Shown: positions 58,501-64,000 of the stretch, one piece after another
Layout of the letters: each line of letters opens with the position of its first letter
Position numbering within the stretch: the stretch's first letter is position 1
DNA from: Eledone cirrhosa
Lineage: Eukaryota
Assembly (NCBI GenBank): GCA_964016885.1
Contig: OZ024747.1
Coordinates: 17,360,001-17,424,000 of the forward strand
DNA length: 64,000 nucleotides
Reading direction: 5' to 3'
Translations under genes and position numbers: made by a program
The notes under the pieces: generated by a model
What the model saw: only the letters and a program-made list of their open reading frames with translations
What the model was told of the DNA's origin: nothing
Database searches by the model: none

Positions 58501-59487
58501 ACATACATACATACATACACAGATACATACCTACATACATACACACATACATCCCTACATACATACATACATACATACCTACATACATACAGACATAAAT
58601 ACGTGCATACATACATGTTTATGCAAGTTTTAAGATGGCATCTCATGTATTATCTGAATATTAACTCATCAATTTGTATACAGAGATATTGATGGACGCT
58701 GAAAGCAACAAGTCTATTCTCATTGTCGCTACCATAATTCTGTTCATACTTTATTCATCAATGATAAAATTAACGTCTGTTCATTTTACTACGGTGTAGA
58801 AGATACGATGGGTAAGCAACTCTAAGGTACTCTCAATATAAGCTACTTCTTAATGCCTATGTATTTACTGTCATGCAAGCGACCTGACCGGATGATGAAA
58901 GTAAAACATAATCAGAAAACTGCTTTCCAAGCAGTAAAGTACAACGTCTCTACACACTGTTCTTGTACACTACAAAAGCGAATTAATTATAAATATTTGT
59001 TTTTTGGCACTATAATGATATTAATGTGATAAAACAGAAATAATTAATTTCACAATTTATTGAAAACCTAATAAAAACATTGCAGCTTAATTAGTTTAAC
59101 AAAATTAATAAGACTGTATCTATTAATACAAGTATTTAAATGTTTATTAATAATTTAGAATAATTTTACATATTGCATTTCATATATTACACAGTCGTTT
59201 AATTTAATGTTAAACATTAATTTACAATTAATAGTTAATGTTATAATATGGTACAAGCGAAAATCGAAACTTGATAATTGTTTCCCTCCCCCGAGAATCT
59301 ACCCCTTCTATTTCTATTTCTATTTCGGTTGTATCCAAGACTCTATCGAGTTATTCCTTCTACTAAGTATTTCATGCCATATTTAATAGTTTGCGAATAA
59401 GAAGTATGCAGAAATATAAATATCTTAGCAGCTCCTTGTTTCTCTAACAACTTCCTTGCAATATTTACACTACAACAACAACAATAA

Positions 59488-59687
59488 TGGTTTCTCATAT
59501 AGGCACAAGGCCAGCAATTTTCGGGGAGGGGGAAGTATATTAAATCGACCCCAGTACGTGACTGGTACTTTATTTTATCGACCCCGTAAGGAGGAAAGGC
59601 AAAGTTAACCTCGGCGGGATTTGAACTCAGACCGTAAAGGAGCATGCTGCAAAGCATGGTGTCCGACTTTCTACCGATACTGCCAAA
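59488..59687 (-). mobile_element. SINE (type B, long-tail variant)
   Basis: Reverse complement of 40201-40412. Confidence 0.88.
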
Positions 59688-59709
59688 ACTACAATAATAA
59701 TAATAATAA

Positions 59710-59883
59710 TTGTTTCTACTTTTGGCACAAGGTCAGCAATTACCCAGTACATTACTGGTACTTTATTTTATCGACCCCGTATGGATGAAAGGCAAAGTTA
59801 ACCTCGGCGGGATTTGAAATCAGATCATAAAGGGACATAACTATGCTAGAAAGCATATCCGACCCTCTACCGATACTGCCAAT
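59710..59883 (-). mobile_element. SINE (type B, short-tail variant) with (TAA)n-type tail
   Basis: Reverse complement of 13047-13237. Confidence 0.88.
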
Positions 59884-60864
59884 ACATAATAATAATAATA
59901 TGTTAAAGACACATCACATACTGTACAGTCCTAGTTATCCAATGCTGACAACAAAAATAACACAAGAACGCATTGAAATATCACTTGTTCTTCCAGATAT
60001 TGTAGATACAAATGTGAAGAAAGACACGTGTTCAATTCATTTACAAATGTCATTTCCTCGCTATATTTTAAAATTGCATTTGCTATAATTGGGAAATCTG
60101 AAACTATACAGATAATTTTGAACATAACTTTTCGAAGTCTCGTAACTCGTCTCAACTATTTATTTTTCTTGGCAAAATGTGTCTCATAATTACTAAATTG
60201 TATTTTTTTCTTTTTTCAATCATTAATGGTATGAATTTCATCATAACCGTGTGACTATGGTAAAATACAGACTGTAGTTTTGTGATTAATTGCTTCAAAT
60301 TTAAATGCTGCTAGCAATATACCGTAGTGTGTTATATTCTATTTTTCATTTTAAATTACAGAATGCTAATTCGTAATTAAAAATCTATTCTCTTGACGAT
60401 TCAATTATGATTAAATATGTCCGTGCTGAAAAATCAATGGAACATAAATGAAATCTAAAGTATAATACAGGTAGAACAATAAAAAAAACTAAACTACTAT
60501 ACTTTCTTGAGACAAAGATGAAAGATCAATAGACAACAACTGCTTCTGAAACCTCATTTAAAGTTCACCTTACCGTCCAGGAAACTCTACGACAATTCGG
60601 AATATAATATATTATAATAGAATACCGTTCGAATGTCGCTAAAAAGACGAATATATTTTGCAAAAATATGGACGACGGTGATGCAAAGAAACCAGTCTAA
60701 TGTCTCCACATATATTTTAGGTTTTGTTCTGATAAACAAAGCTAAGAGTATCTTAATTTAATTTAATTATATACATGTGTGTGTGTGTGCGTGTGTGTGC
60801 GTTGTGTGTGTCTGTATGTTATGTGTGTGTGCGCGTGTGTGTGAGTGTGTATGGTGAAGATAAC

Positions 60865-60965
60865 TCCCATAACGCTGGGTACTCGAGTGGCGGATAGAGG
60901 GACGACCTTCAGATATAAGGAATAGTTGCGAATATATTGTATTAGCCGTCCTGGACAAAATCCCA
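60865..60965 (+). mobile_element. RTE 5'UTR-like remnant
   Basis: GCGGATAGAGGGGACGACCTTCAGATATAAGGAATAGTTGCGAATATATTG resembles RTE 5' UTRs (from recall). Confidence 0.45.
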
Positions 60966-61061
60966 TGCTGCTCATTTACCAAGGCATAGTACATGGCAGT
61001 CACACGTGCGGGAATATGCAAAGCTCCATTTGGGAAGCCGAAATGTTTTGCCTTTTGCATA

Positions 61062-61176
61062 CTTATATATATATATATATATAAATATATATATATAAAT
61101 ATAAAAATATATATATAAAAATATATATATATAAATATATATATATAAATATATATATATAAATATATATATAAAT

Positions 61177-61225
<49 letters not shown>

Positions 61226-61346
61226 TAAATATATAAATATAAATATATATATATAAATATATATATATAAATATATATATATATAAATATATATATAAAT
61301 ATATATATAAATATATATATAAATATATATATATAAATAAATATAT

Positions 61347-61377
<31 letters not shown>

Positions 61378-61468
61378 AATATATATATAAATATATATAT
61401 AAATATATATATATAAATATATATATAAATATATATATATATATATGAATATATAAATATAAATATAA

Positions 61469-61533
<65 letters not shown>

Positions 61534-61552
61534 TATAAATATAAATATATAA

Positions 61553-61597
<45 letters not shown>

Positions 61598-61622
61598 TAT
61601 ATATATAAATATAAATATATAA

Positions 61623-61667
<45 letters not shown>

Positions 61668-61797
61668 TATATATATAAATAAATATATATAAATATATAT
61701 ATATAAATAAATATATATATATATAAATATATATATATAAATATATATATATAAATAAATATATATATATAAATATATATATATATAAATATATATG
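61062..61797. repeat. (TA)n/(TAAA) satellite
   Basis: Visible directly. Confidence 0.97.
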
Positions 61798-61930
61798 TAG
61801 ATAAATCTACCAAGAGTTTACGGTAGTGTCCAATCCGTATGAAGAACTCAATGTATTCCGGATATCATGGAAAGAAGAGATGTAATGAAAAATCACTTTC
61901 GGTGAAAGATAAACGGTATACAGAGTCAAG

Positions 61931-62348
61931 ATAAAATATTAAACAAATAATGAATAAACAATTCCTTATATTAAACAAAAAAAGTTCATTATTTAACGAT
62001 CGTTTCTAGGATATATATGTGTTAGAGTTGGCATGCATATTCAACAGATCTATGTACAAAATTATACAAAATTATACAAACTATCAAGATTAAATATACA
62101 TACCAACACATATATACGCCGTCTTCAGAAATAATTATTTCTGAAGACGGCGTATATATGTGTTGGTATGTATATTTAATCTTGATAGTTTGTATAATTT
62201 TGAATAATTTTGTATAATTTTGTACATAGATCTGTTGAATATGCATGCCAACTCTAACACATATATATCCTAGAAACGATCGTTAAATAATGAACTTTTT
62301 TTGTTTAATATAAGGAATTGTTTATTCATTATTTGTTTAATATTTTAT
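61931..62348. repeat. Spacer-less palindrome, ~204/214-bp arms
   Basis: The centre CAGAAATAA|TTATTTCTG lies at 62134/62135. The right arm has one extra 10-bp unit. Confidence 0.95.
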
Positions 62349-63607
<1,259 letters not shown>

Positions 63608-63697
63608 TGCTCTAGTGTTCTTATATATTTGATATATATTTATCCTTATCGAGCCTTCATTGGATTTCAGTCTTCACATTTATTATTATTATTGTTA

Positions 63698-63749
<52 letters not shown>

Positions 63750-63756
63750 GTGTGCG

Positions 63757-63789
<33 letters not shown>

Positions 63790-64000
63790 ATGCGTGTGCG
63801 TGTGCATATATATATAGTGTAAACGAAACCTTTTTCTAATACATATGCATATTTATATATATTATATAAAGAGAATAAGAATTGCCTATCACACATAAAA
63901 CCAGAAGATTCTAGCAGATTTTATGAGAGACATATATTATTTTCTATAAATATAGATTGGTAATGTATTTATATATGACGTGGATTGAATATTTAAGTGA

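Overview
This is a very AT-rich, repeat-saturated animal genomic window with no intact host protein-coding gene. The SINE families and microsatellite load suggest an octopus or other cephalopod (inference). Nearly all long ORFs in the track are translations of (TA)n/(CA)n/(CATA)n repeats. The real content is retroelement and DNA-transposon debris: tRNA-derived SINEs of two types, RTE, CR1-like, R4/Dong and CRE LINE fragments, non-autonomous Helitron-like elements and a Tc1/mariner-type MITE. The most notable signal is a population of about 15 minimal type I hammerhead ribozyme (HHR) motifs in Penelope-like pLTR/retrozyme-like insertions, mostly within (TA)n tracts and often as large palindromes. 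Two non-coding tandem arrays (466-bp unit at 31870-33466, 449-bp unit at 38113-38976) share an octamer (ATGCAAAT) + hairpin + HHR layout. They are candidate non-LTR retrozymes producing small circular RNAs from an snRNA-type promoter. Also present are a twin-priming-type 5'-inverted RTE, a probable Dong 3' transduction or local templated duplication, and a candidate 21-nt microexon. All calls were made by eye, without database searches.
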